Shown here: in pieces, positions 27,585 to 35,693 of the stretch
How positions within the stretch are numbered: position 1 is the first letter of the stretch
Layout of the letters: each line of letters starts with the position of its first letter
The notes under the pieces: model-generated
What the model was told of the DNA's origin: nothing
Databases searched by the model: none
Seen by the model: the letters and a program-made list of their open reading frames with translations, nothing else
Position numbers and translations under genes: made by a program
Assembly: GCA_964291285.2 (NCBI GenBank)
Contig: OZ219787.1
Coordinates: 2,080,001-2,144,000, forward strand
Length of the DNA: 64,000 nt
Direction: 5' to 3'
Source: Alphaproteobacteria bacterium
GTDB taxonomy: Bacteria > Pseudomonadota > Alphaproteobacteria > Bin95

Positions 27585-28676
27585 TCAGGGCCCCAGATTG
27601 GGCGGCTGACAGCCGCTGCAGCTGTTCACGACAAGGCTCCCCACCTGCGCGCCGGCGGCGATGGCCTCCGCGCCGGCGTCCACGGTTCCGCTCGCCGCAC
27701 GCACCGTGGCGATTGCCGACAGCTCCCCGCCGATCTCCATGTCCGCCGTGAGCGCCACCGTTTGCGCGCCGACCTCGCCACGCGACCTCAGCGATCTGCC
27801 GACCGCAAACTCGCCCGGAATCCGCCAGGACGTCTGCGACCCGCCGCCGAATGCGAAGTTGCGGTCCGCCTCCACCGTCGTCGCCGCCTGGATCGCAAGG
27901 CTCCCGGCCGGCCTTATCAGCACGTCTCCCGCTGCATCCACGGTCCCTGCAACAGCAACGCTCCCGCGATCCGCGCTCGCGCTCTCGCCGGCCACAGTCC
28001 CGGCCCGCAGGATGTTCGTCCCCGCCTCGAACCGTATCTCCTGCTCCATGGACGACAGCTCCGGACGCCCACCCACCGGGCGCCGATAGACCCGCTCCAC
28101 CGCATGGCCGATGCCGAAGTCCGCGGTCGCGAACATCGACCCTTCCGGCAAGCCGCCCAGCACCGCCACGACATCCGCGAGCCGGCCATGCATCGGGGTC
28201 GCGTCCCCACCGACGAACCCGATATTGTCGAGCCCTCCCATCACCGCGCCCTTCCGCAAATCCGGAAACCGCGCCTCGACTCCGCTTCCCGTGAGGCTGC
28301 AGACCGCGAGCGGAATCCCGTCTGCCATCACCGCCCCGTAACGCGCCTCCACCAGCCCGGCCTGGTCCGCCTCACGGAGACCTGCGGGCAGGAATGGCGT
28401 GAACGGCGGCGCCGGAGGAACAGGAAGCGGCGGCTGCTTCAACTGAGCGACCGTCACCCTCGCCGGCGCCGTGATCGGCCCCGGAGGCACGGCTCCGGGC
28501 GCCGTCACCATGCCGGCCTGAACCGCCCGGTGCATGGCTGTGCAGGTCATGCCCCAGACACGGCCCCGCTCGCGGTCCATCTCCGCCGCAACCAGCGACT
28601 GGTGGTCCTCGCCCCAGATCGCCATCGCGTAGGCCGCCAGCGCCCCGATCACGATTGCCGCAACGACAGGACCCAC
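27585..28676 (-). CDS. Second PilV-like minor pilin, leaderless
   Basis: N-terminal TM, VTVAQLK..FLPAGL, VYRRPVGGRPELSSMEQEI, tail VVNSCSGC. Confidence 0.62.
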   Translation of the reverse strand: MGPVVAAIVIGALAAYAMAIWGEDHQSLVAAEMDRERGRVWGMTCTAMHRAVQAGMVTAPGAVPPGPITAPARVTVAQLKQPPLPVPPAPPFTPFLPAGLREADQAGLVEARYGAVMADGIPLAVCSLTGSGVEARFPDLRKGAVMGGLDNIGFVGGDATPMHGRLADVVAVLGGLPEGSMFATADFGIGHAVERVYRRPVGGRPELSSMEQEIRFEAGTNILRAGTVAGESASADRGSVAVAGTVDAAGDVLIRPAGSLAIQAATTVEADRNFAFGGGSQTSWRIPGEFAVGRSLRSRGEVGAQTVALTADMEIGGELSAIATVRAASGTVDAGAEAIAAGAQVGSLVVNSCSGCQPPNLGP

Positions 28677-28727
28677 AACCCTCTCCCGGAAACCGCCACC
28701 AAGCCGATCGAGCTGCTCATCGCCCGC

Positions 28728-29246
28728 CTATCTGAACGTGAAGGTGAGAAAGTTCGCGCCGTCGCCCTCCGCGCAGGCCGTCGACACCCCGGAGACCGTC
28801 AACTCCGCCTCTTCGTCCTCGTTGACTTCGTCCGGCGCCTCGTCGTCGACCTCGATGTTCACGACGCCGCGCCCGCCGACCAGCTTGACCGCGGCGCGGG
28901 CGCACTGGTCGTCGTCCATGTCCGCGATCGTCAGCGCCATGCGCTCGTTGTCGCCCAGAATCGTGATCTCGCCGCCATACGGGCTCACGATCCCGTCGCC
29001 GTCCGCGTTCAACGCGCTCGACGGCACCTTGTCGTGCTTTATCAGCGTCGGTACGAGATTGGTGTCATCCCCGAGGTCGGCCTGGTTCGCATAGACCACC
29101 TGCACATTGGCACGCAGCCGCACGATCAGCGTGTCCATCTGGCCTTCCTTGGTGTCGGCCACGCCCTCCTCGAAGGCGCCCAGCATGTCCGCGACCAACA
29201 GCAGCCCCATGGCAGCCGCCAGCACATATCCAACAATCGAAGCCAT
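28728..29246 (-). CDS. pilS: Type IVb major pilin PilS-like, leaderless
   Basis: N-terminal TM, ANVQVVY, LIKHDKVP, SPYGGEITI, two Cys (QCARAA; TACAEG), end LTFTFR; directly after pilR. Confidence 0.82.
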   Translation of the reverse strand: MASIVGYVLAAAMGLLLVADMLGAFEEGVADTKEGQMDTLIVRLRANVQVVYANQADLGDDTNLVPTLIKHDKVPSSALNADGDGIVSPYGGEITILGDNERMALTIADMDDDQCARAAVKLVGGRGVVNIEVDDEAPDEVNEDEEAELTVSGVSTACAEGDGANFLTFTFR

Positions 29247-29252
29247 TACCCT

Positions 29253-30371
29253 CTACTCCCCGATCGTCTTCAGATGGATCGTTGACTGGAACATCGGCGA
29301 CAGCACGAGCGTCGCCAGCATCACGGAGAAGGTGAGCAGAAGAATGCTCAAACCCGCCGTTGCGAACTTCACCATTTCCTCGGAATCCCGGACCCAGCGT
29401 TCCAGGAACGCCGACATCTCCTCGTGCCAGCCCGCCCTGCCGTCGAACGCAGCGCCCACCGCCACCAGCTCGTAATCCGGAAAGCCCGTCCCGGCCGCCT
29501 GCAGCGCCCGGCCAATGCCCATGCCGCCGCGGACCATCCGCTCCTGGATCGCCTCCATCCGCGAACGCACATAGGGCGACGCCCGCTCGCACAGCCGCTC
29601 CCAGGTCGCATCGTTCAACTCGACGCCGAGCTTCATCAGCTCGACCACCATCATCATGAAGGCCGCGCCGCTCACGACCCGGTAGAGCGAGAACGGAACG
29701 TAGTCGTCAAGAAACCGCCGGCCGGCGCCGGTCCAGCGCAGCACCGCCAGCCAGCCCCCGATCACCAGACCCAGGAACCCCGCCCCGATCATGAACTCAT
29801 ACGCGCGCACCGTGGTCGCCAGCCAGTAACCGAGCTGGGCGCCGTTCGACCATTTCTCCGGCTCGCTCATCGCCAGGAACTTCGGCAGCAGCTCGCCCCC
29901 GGCCCACCACAGCCCCGCCAGCGCCATCAGCACCACAGCACCCGGCAACGCCAGAGCGCCCCACAGCGCCCGCGTCATGGTCCGCGTGACCTCCGCAACC
30001 CTGGCCGCCGCACCGACCACCCCGGGCGCGTTGCCCTCGGCCAGGGCGCCCAGAATCATCGCTTCCGACGCCGGCACCCAGCGCGACACCTCCTCGGCAA
30101 ACGCCCTGTTGCCGTCCGCATAGGCGAACTGCCAGCGCCGCAGCATGAACAGCCGCGCCTTGTCCTTCGGGGCCGCCGCGATCGCCGTCTCGATCGCCTC
30201 GCGCATGCTGAACCCGGACTCCAGCGTTCGCCTCATCGTGTTCCACACCACGACCCGCCGCCTCGTGCTGCCGGCCCGCAACCCCACGAGCCCCACAACC
30301 GCCCGCTCGAGGAGCCTCTCGCCCCTCGACCGCGCCGTGCCCGGGCGCCCGATCGCATCCAGCAGGCTCAC
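29253..30371 (-). CDS. pilR: PilR/GspF-family pilus platform protein
   Basis: RWVPASE, PFSLYRVVSGAAF, GRALQAAGTGFPDYEL, three TM. Confidence 0.85.
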   Translation of the reverse strand: MSLLDAIGRPGTARSRGERLLERAVVGLVGLRAGSTRRRVVVWNTMRRTLESGFSMREAIETAIAAAPKDKARLFMLRRWQFAYADGNRAFAEEVSRWVPASEAMILGALAEGNAPGVVGAAARVAEVTRTMTRALWGALALPGAVVLMALAGLWWAGGELLPKFLAMSEPEKWSNGAQLGYWLATTVRAYEFMIGAGFLGLVIGGWLAVLRWTGAGRRFLDDYVPFSLYRVVSGAAFMMMVVELMKLGVELNDATWERLCERASPYVRSRMEAIQERMVRGGMGIGRALQAAGTGFPDYELVAVGAAFDGRAGWHEEMSAFLERWVRDSEEMVKFATAGLSILLLTFSVMLATLVLSPMFQSTIHLKTIGE

Positions 30372-32002
30372 GACACCAGCTCCGCACTGTCCTGGATCAC
30401 CGACAACGCCGGCCGCGCCCCGCCGAACACCTCCCTGGCCTCAGCGATCTGCGCGCTCTTCCCGAGAGCATCGAACGGATCGACCAGGCCGTCGCCGACC
30501 GCCCGCCATATCTTCGTGCCCAGCGTCACGCCGCCCATCTCGCTCAGCCAGTAATTCCAGGCCCCGAGAGCGTCCCCCTCCCTCACGAACTTCAGATACC
30601 CGTCGTCCGGAACGATCCATTCGGCGAACGCCAGCCGGTTCGAGTAACCCGCCCACGCCGTCCTCGCGAGCTCGGTATGGCGCTCCCTGAGACAGGTCTC
30701 GCACCCTTCCGGATTGCGGTACCGCACCTCATCGTCGAGCATCGCTTCCAGCTCCGCCGGCAGCCTCCTGCCATCCGCGGGCCTCTCCAGGCAGCACTCC
30801 GGACAGACGATCGACATGAGCCTCTGGTTCATGAACAGCCGGATATTCCCCGGCTTCACCAGCTGCGCGACCTCCACCCCCATGTCCCGGAGCCGGAACG
30901 GTATGCCGTTCGCATTGTGGGCATGCACCGTCGTGTAGATCTGGTGGCCGCTGTCGACGAACTGCAGAACCTGCTTCGCCGTCATCAGGTCCCTGATCTC
31001 TCCGATGCCGCCCACTTGCGGATGAATCCGCACGAAATGCATCAGCACATCACCGAAGATCGCCTCGCGGTCATCGCCCACGCCCCCGCTCGGCACCTGG
31101 ATCTGTATCGCCTTCGGAATCCGGTTCTCCACCGGATCGTCCGCCGTCACCATGTTCAGCGTGTAGTTGTGCTCCTTCATCTGCGTCATCATGTTGACGG
31201 TGTTCGTCGTCGATTTTCCCTCGCCGGTCGGCCCCGCGATGATGACGCCGCCATATTTCGACATCCTGATTTCCCGGAAGATCTCGACGATCTCCCCGCC
31301 GAAGCCGAGCTTCTCCAGCGTCATGTCCTCCGTGATCCGGTTCTTCGGGAATATCCGCACCACCAGATGGTCGCCGGCGATATTCGGGCCGCTCTCGCAG
31401 CGCAGCGCCGCGATCTTCTCCGGCATGCGCAGCTCGTCCCTGCCGATCCCCCAGCCCTGGCGTTCGTTCTTCACGAACGAAACGAGGCGGCTGCCCTCCG
31501 CCTTGCAATAGAACAGGTGGTGGATCATCCACTCGCCTTCCGCCTTGGTGAGCGGCGTCCCCAGCGGAAGTTTCCGGTTGTTCACCTGCACCAGGACCCG
31601 GCAGTCCGACTCCCCGTTCTCGAAGAACACATCGTCCGCCTCGGCCTCCACCGCCTCGTTCAGAATGTCGTAGAGCTTCTGGACCAGGCCCGGGTCGGCC
31701 ATCCGCGACGCCTGCGAGCGCTCTTCCCCCCGCCGGGCCGCCGCAATGTCTTCGAGCGATCCCTTCTTCTCGCGCAGACCCCCCGGAACGAACCCCGTGT
31801 CGCGCAGGTCGCGCAGCACGTCCCGCATATGGCCGTCCGCCGTATAGCCCTCCGCGATCATCGTCCGGCCGTCCGCCCACACGACGCACTTCGACCGGAA
31901 ATCCGCATCCATCCGGCCCCAGTGGATGATCCCGCGATCGTCCACCCAGGGCGGGCGCTCCTTCAGTCCGAGCAGCACCAGGAACCGGGTAAGCCCGTCC
32001 AT
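30368..32002 (-). CDS. pilQ: PilQ/GspE-family pilus assembly ATPase
   Basis: GPTGEGKST, DDPVE, GEIRD, SGHQIYTTVHAH, QRL..VCPEC, GCETC. Confidence 0.9.
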   Translation of the reverse strand: MDGLTRFLVLLGLKERPPWVDDRGIIHWGRMDADFRSKCVVWADGRTMIAEGYTADGHMRDVLRDLRDTGFVPGGLREKKGSLEDIAAARRGEERSQASRMADPGLVQKLYDILNEAVEAEADDVFFENGESDCRVLVQVNNRKLPLGTPLTKAEGEWMIHHLFYCKAEGSRLVSFVKNERQGWGIGRDELRMPEKIAALRCESGPNIAGDHLVVRIFPKNRITEDMTLEKLGFGGEIVEIFREIRMSKYGGVIIAGPTGEGKSTTNTVNMMTQMKEHNYTLNMVTADDPVENRIPKAIQIQVPSGGVGDDREAIFGDVLMHFVRIHPQVGGIGEIRDLMTAKQVLQFVDSGHQIYTTVHAHNANGIPFRLRDMGVEVAQLVKPGNIRLFMNQRLMSIVCPECCLERPADGRRLPAELEAMLDDEVRYRNPEGCETCLRERHTELARTAWAGYSNRLAFAEWIVPDDGYLKFVREGDALGAWNYWLSEMGGVTLGTKIWRAVGDGLVDPFDALGKSAQIAEAREVFGGARPALSVIQDSAELVS

Positions 32003-33018
32003 TACCTGAGCCTCCGGTAGGGCAAGCCCGACGCCGGGCCGTCCTCGAACCTCACGCGCAGCGGCTTCGCCGATATCTCCGTAACCAGCGCCCCGTCCGG
32101 AAGCTCATCTCCCTCCCGGACCCACCACTTGCCGTCCCCGTCCGTCACCCCGGCCTGCAAAACGCCCGCGCGGCCGATGATGCTGAACCAGCCGTAAACC
32201 TCGTGCGTCTCCGGCTCGGGCGCCTCCAGGACCACGACAGGTTCCGGCTCGGCTTCCGGCTCGACTTCTTCCGCCGGCGCGGGCGCCTCCACCGGTGCGG
32301 TTGCCACCATCGCCAGAAGCTTGCGCTGCTCGACTTCCTTCGCAGCAGCCGCCGCGCCCAGGCGCGCGCCCTCGATCCGAGCCCGCGCCGTCTGCCGGCG
32401 TTCCTCGAGCGCGATCGCCGCCTTCTCCCTGGCCACGTGGTCCTCGCGCAGCACCTTGGCGAGGTCGAACTCCGCCTTCAGCACCTCGTCCACCACCTGC
32501 CACCGGTCCCGGCAGAACTGGATGATCTCCAGCTCCAGCCCCAGCGATGCGCTGATCTCCGCCTCCTCAACCGCCGTCTCCAGCATCCGGGCGACCTTCC
32601 CGCGCGGGCAGCCGAATACCTCCGCAACCTCGCGCTCCCGCTCCGTGAGAACTCTCGGCCCGGAAGGAGAAGAAGCCGGGGCGGCAGTGGGAGGAGGGAC
32701 CTGCCGCCCCGGCAGACCCGCAGCGGCCGGATCCGTCCCGTCCGCCTGCCGCCCCGGCTCGCCGGCAGCGGACGGCGCGGCCCGTTGCACCGCTGCCGGA
32801 TTAGGTTGATCGGCCTCGCTGGCTTCCGGTGGTCCCCGCTTCGGAGGCGGCTCAAGGACAAGCGGCACAACCCGGCCCGCCGTTCCTTCAACCCTCTGAG
32901 TGACGTCCGTCCCATCGCCGGCGCCCGCAGCCTGGCCCCACGTCGCATGCGGCGCCGCGGCCAGGGACGCTCCCAGGGCCGCTCCGGCAAGGCGCACCAT
33001 GAAACGCGAGAACGTCAT
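32002..33018 (-). CDS. pilP: PilP-like type IVb pilus protein
   Basis: Signal peptide, coiled coil, C-terminal IIGRAGVLQAGV..VREGDELPDGALVTEI; directly upstream of pilQ. Confidence 0.7.
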   Translation of the reverse strand: MTFSRFMVRLAGAALGASLAAAPHATWGQAAGAGDGTDVTQRVEGTAGRVVPLVLEPPPKRGPPEASEADQPNPAAVQRAAPSAAGEPGRQADGTDPAAAGLPGRQVPPPTAAPASSPSGPRVLTEREREVAEVFGCPRGKVARMLETAVEEAEISASLGLELEIIQFCRDRWQVVDEVLKAEFDLAKVLREDHVAREKAAIALEERRQTARARIEGARLGAAAAAKEVEQRKLLAMVATAPVEAPAPAEEVEPEAEPEPVVVLEAPEPETHEVYGWFSIIGRAGVLQAGVTDGDGKWWVREGDELPDGALVTEISAKPLRVRFEDGPASGLPYRRLR

Positions 33019-33028
33019 CGGCGCCGCC

Positions 33029-34324
33029 TCACCGCGTGTTCGGTGTCAGCAGCGTCCACATCCGCGGCGTGACACCCAGTTCGCGCGCGAGGTCGGGCCA
33101 GGCGATGCTCTGCGCGTGCTCTTCCTCGCCGTCGACCGTCACCTGGAGCCGGCCCTTCGTCCAGCGCCAGCGCCCGGTGAAATACTGCTCGCCCGGCGCG
33201 ATAATCGTCAGCGTCTTGTCATGAAAGAGGAACCGGTAGTCCGCATACCGCTCGCCCATCCAGGGCAGCGCCACCGGCTCTCCCCCGCCGATCAGTTCGT
33301 CCGTCAACTGCCAGGCAGGGTAACGATGTCCAGTCGAAAGCAAGGGAACCGGATAGCCGATCGGGTAATAGATGGTGCCGACCCCGGGAATCTCGGAAAT
33401 CCGCCATTCCTGGCCGGAGGAGTCCGTCTTCCTGGTTACCGTTCCGAAGGCGTAAACCTTGCCGTCATACCCGATCTGCCAGATCTCGGTGTTCTCGGAC
33501 CAACCCTCGGTGAACACGTAACCGTTCCCGAGCGAGGACAGCAGGACATTGCCCTCCTGGGCCTTCATCCAGGCTTCGATCTCTTCCTTGCTGGTCGTCG
33601 GCTTGCCGCCCGAAGCCGCGAGCCCGGTCCGGCCCGGGCCGGTGTGCTGCGAGCCCGGGAAGTTCCGGATCGGCGCGTCCGGGTCCTGCCGGCGCAGCTC
33701 CTCGAACCTGCTCGACGTCTGCTTCTCGTTGATCGCCATGCCCGCCGGCAGCTCGATCTCCGGACAGCCATCCGCCATGACCCGCGGCCAGCTGTCCTGG
33801 ATCCAGCCCGTGCGGTTTATTCGCCATTTCCTCTTGTGAGGGTTTTTGTGCTTCAGCAGGCCTTCATCACGTACCACCCCCGTGCGCGGCTGGTAGAATA
33901 TGAGAGACCGGTACGTCTTCCCGTTTATCTCCCACGTCTTGGCCGCGCCGGTCGAGTGCGTCTCGAACGTCAGCCTGTCCTGTTGCGATCGATAGTTGCC
34001 CGTCTTTCTGACCAGGTAGCACATCGATGCCGTGCCGTCGGGCCGCACCAGTTGCGCAAGCAGCGTTCCAGGAAAGGGGTTGTATTCGTGCACGAAGACG
34101 CGGTCGGAAGTCAGGTTCCTGAAAAACCGCGCATTGTGCGAGCTGTGGCTTCGGAACACCCTCCAATAGGGGCGTTCGGATATCTCCGGCAGGGCAGCGG
34201 GAGGAGGCACCTGCTGCTGCCCGTGCGCCGTGCAGGACGCCACCAGCAGGCCGGCCAGAACCGCCGCCAGGACAGGCTTGAGGGTCATCATGCATTCCTT
34301 CATCGTTTGGTCCTCATGGGTCAT
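33029..34324 (-). CDS. Hypothetical lipoprotein
   Basis: Lipobox-like LLVASC after [10 protein letters not shown]; ATGA overlap with desaturase stop. Confidence 0.7.
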   Translation of the reverse strand: MTHEDQTMKECMMTLKPVLAAVLAGLLVASCTAHGQQQVPPPAALPEISERPYWRVFRSHSSHNARFFRNLTSDRVFVHEYNPFPGTLLAQLVRPDGTASMCYLVRKTGNYRSQQDRLTFETHSTGAAKTWEINGKTYRSLIFYQPRTGVVRDEGLLKHKNPHKRKWRINRTGWIQDSWPRVMADGCPEIELPAGMAINEKQTSSRFEELRRQDPDAPIRNFPGSQHTGPGRTGLAASGGKPTTSKEEIEAWMKAQEGNVLLSSLGNGYVFTEGWSENTEIWQIGYDGKVYAFGTVTRKTDSSGQEWRISEIPGVGTIYYPIGYPVPLLSTGHRYPAWQLTDELIGGGEPVALPWMGERYADYRFLFHDKTLTIIAPGEQYFTGRWRWTKGRLQVTVDGEEEHAQSIAWPDLARELGVTPRMWTLLTPNTR

Positions 34325-35163
34325 CGCTCGATCGCTCCAGGTTCCAACGGACCCTGAAGCCGTTCGCCGCGTCCCTTTTCCCGATCGGATTTCGCCAGCC
34401 CCGCCAGCCGGAGCAGAAGCCCCGCCGGGTCGAGAACCGGATGGAAGACCGCAAGGCCGGGGGCGGCGTGGTGGTTGTTGTGCCAGCCCTCTCCCCAGGT
34501 GAGAAGCGCCACCGCCAGGTTGTTGCGGCTCTCGTCCCCGGTCCCGTGGGGCCGCGTCCCCCAGCGGTGGCAGACCGCGATCACGATCCCGCCCGCCCAA
34601 AGCGTCCCTGCAACCGGAACGGCCCAGGCAAAGACCGCAAGCCGCCAGTCCAGCACCGCAAGGACCGCCGGCCAGGCCAGAGCCAGAGGCAGGTAGTGCC
34701 GGTGAACCCACAGCCCGAACCGGTCGCCGCGCATGCCATGCCGGACCGCCGGTCCGGGCACCCTGCCTTCATAGTTGCCGATCAGCAGCGCGCGCCAGCC
34801 GAGCCTGCCCGCCGCATGTGGATCGCCTTCACGGTCCGAATGCGCGTGGTGGCGCCGGTGCAGCGCCGACCAGCCGGCCGCCGACCCGAAGCACCCCATG
34901 ACGCCCAGAACATGGAAGCCCGCCACGGCCCAACGCGGCGCCGTGAAGCTGCGATGTGCGAAATAGCGGTGGAAGCCGATCGACAGGCCGATGCAGCCAT
35001 AGAGGAAGTAGCAGGCCACCGACAGCGCCCACCACCCGGCACCCGTACCCGCCCCGGACAGCGCCCAAACCGTCACCGCAAGAGTGAGAAACTGGACGCC
35101 GGTGAACAAGGACATCGGCGCGCCGCAGGTTCCCGCCGTCCACCGCCCATCTCTGCGTGCCAT
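34321..35163 (-). CDS. Membrane fatty-acid desaturase (Delta-9 acyl-CoA/lipid type)
   Basis: His boxes HRYFAH, HRRHH, HNNHH; GDPH; GEGWHNNHH (alternative GTG start 35190). Confidence 0.92.
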   Translation of the reverse strand: MARRDGRWTAGTCGAPMSLFTGVQFLTLAVTVWALSGAGTGAGWWALSVACYFLYGCIGLSIGFHRYFAHRSFTAPRWAVAGFHVLGVMGCFGSAAGWSALHRRHHAHSDREGDPHAAGRLGWRALLIGNYEGRVPGPAVRHGMRGDRFGLWVHRHYLPLALAWPAVLAVLDWRLAVFAWAVPVAGTLWAGGIVIAVCHRWGTRPHGTGDESRNNLAVALLTWGEGWHNNHHAAPGLAVFHPVLDPAGLLLRLAGLAKSDREKGRGERLQGPLEPGAIER

Positions 35164-35177
35164 GACCGGGCCACCTC

Positions 35178-35693
35178 TCACAGCGCGCACACGTAGTTGC
35201 CGCCGCGTACCCTGAAGCCGAGGCGCTTCAGGAACCGGTCCGTGCGCGCAATGCCGATGCCGGAGGTGACGCCCACATAGAGGCGCACCGCGCCGCGCCT
35301 CTTCGCCCAGCGCCGGAAGCCGTGAAGCAGCCTGATCGCCGCAAGCGAACCCCGGTATTCCGGCAGGACATACCAGCTGAAGATCGAGGCCCCGACCGCG
35401 GGCGAATGGTAGTGCCGCTCGACGACGCCCATCAGCGCCCCGACCACCCTGCCGCCACAGTCCGCCTGCAGCAGGCAGTGCTTCTCCGGCTGCGCCATCT
35501 TCCGTTCGATCGTCTGCCTGACCAGCTCGCCGTCGAACGTGAGCTCCCTGTCGTCCATCTCCTCCCAGGCCCGCCGCGCCAGCGCGACCCGGGCGGCGAT
35601 GTCCGCTCCCGTCTCCGAGAACCGGATCGTCACCGCTCCGGCACGGCCCGGAGTGTCAGGCTCTCTCGTCAGGACGGCCGGCACCGCCGTCAC
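35178..35693 (-). CDS. GNAT-family acyl/acetyltransferase
   Basis: [35 protein letters not shown]; GTGA overlap with upstream gene. Confidence 0.88.
   Translation of the reverse strand: MTAVPAVLTREPDTPGRAGAVTIRFSETGADIAARVALARRAWEEMDDRELTFDGELVRQTIERKMAQPEKHCLLQADCGGRVVGALMGVVERHYHSPAVGASIFSWYVLPEYRGSLAAIRLLHGFRRWAKRRGAVRLYVGVTSGIGIARTDRFLKRLGFRVRGGNYVCAL

Noticed and set aside
22021-28676. Shufflon downstream of the pilV-like genes
   Set aside because: No tyrosine recombinase, no repeated sfx-like sites and no alternative C-terminal cassettes seen
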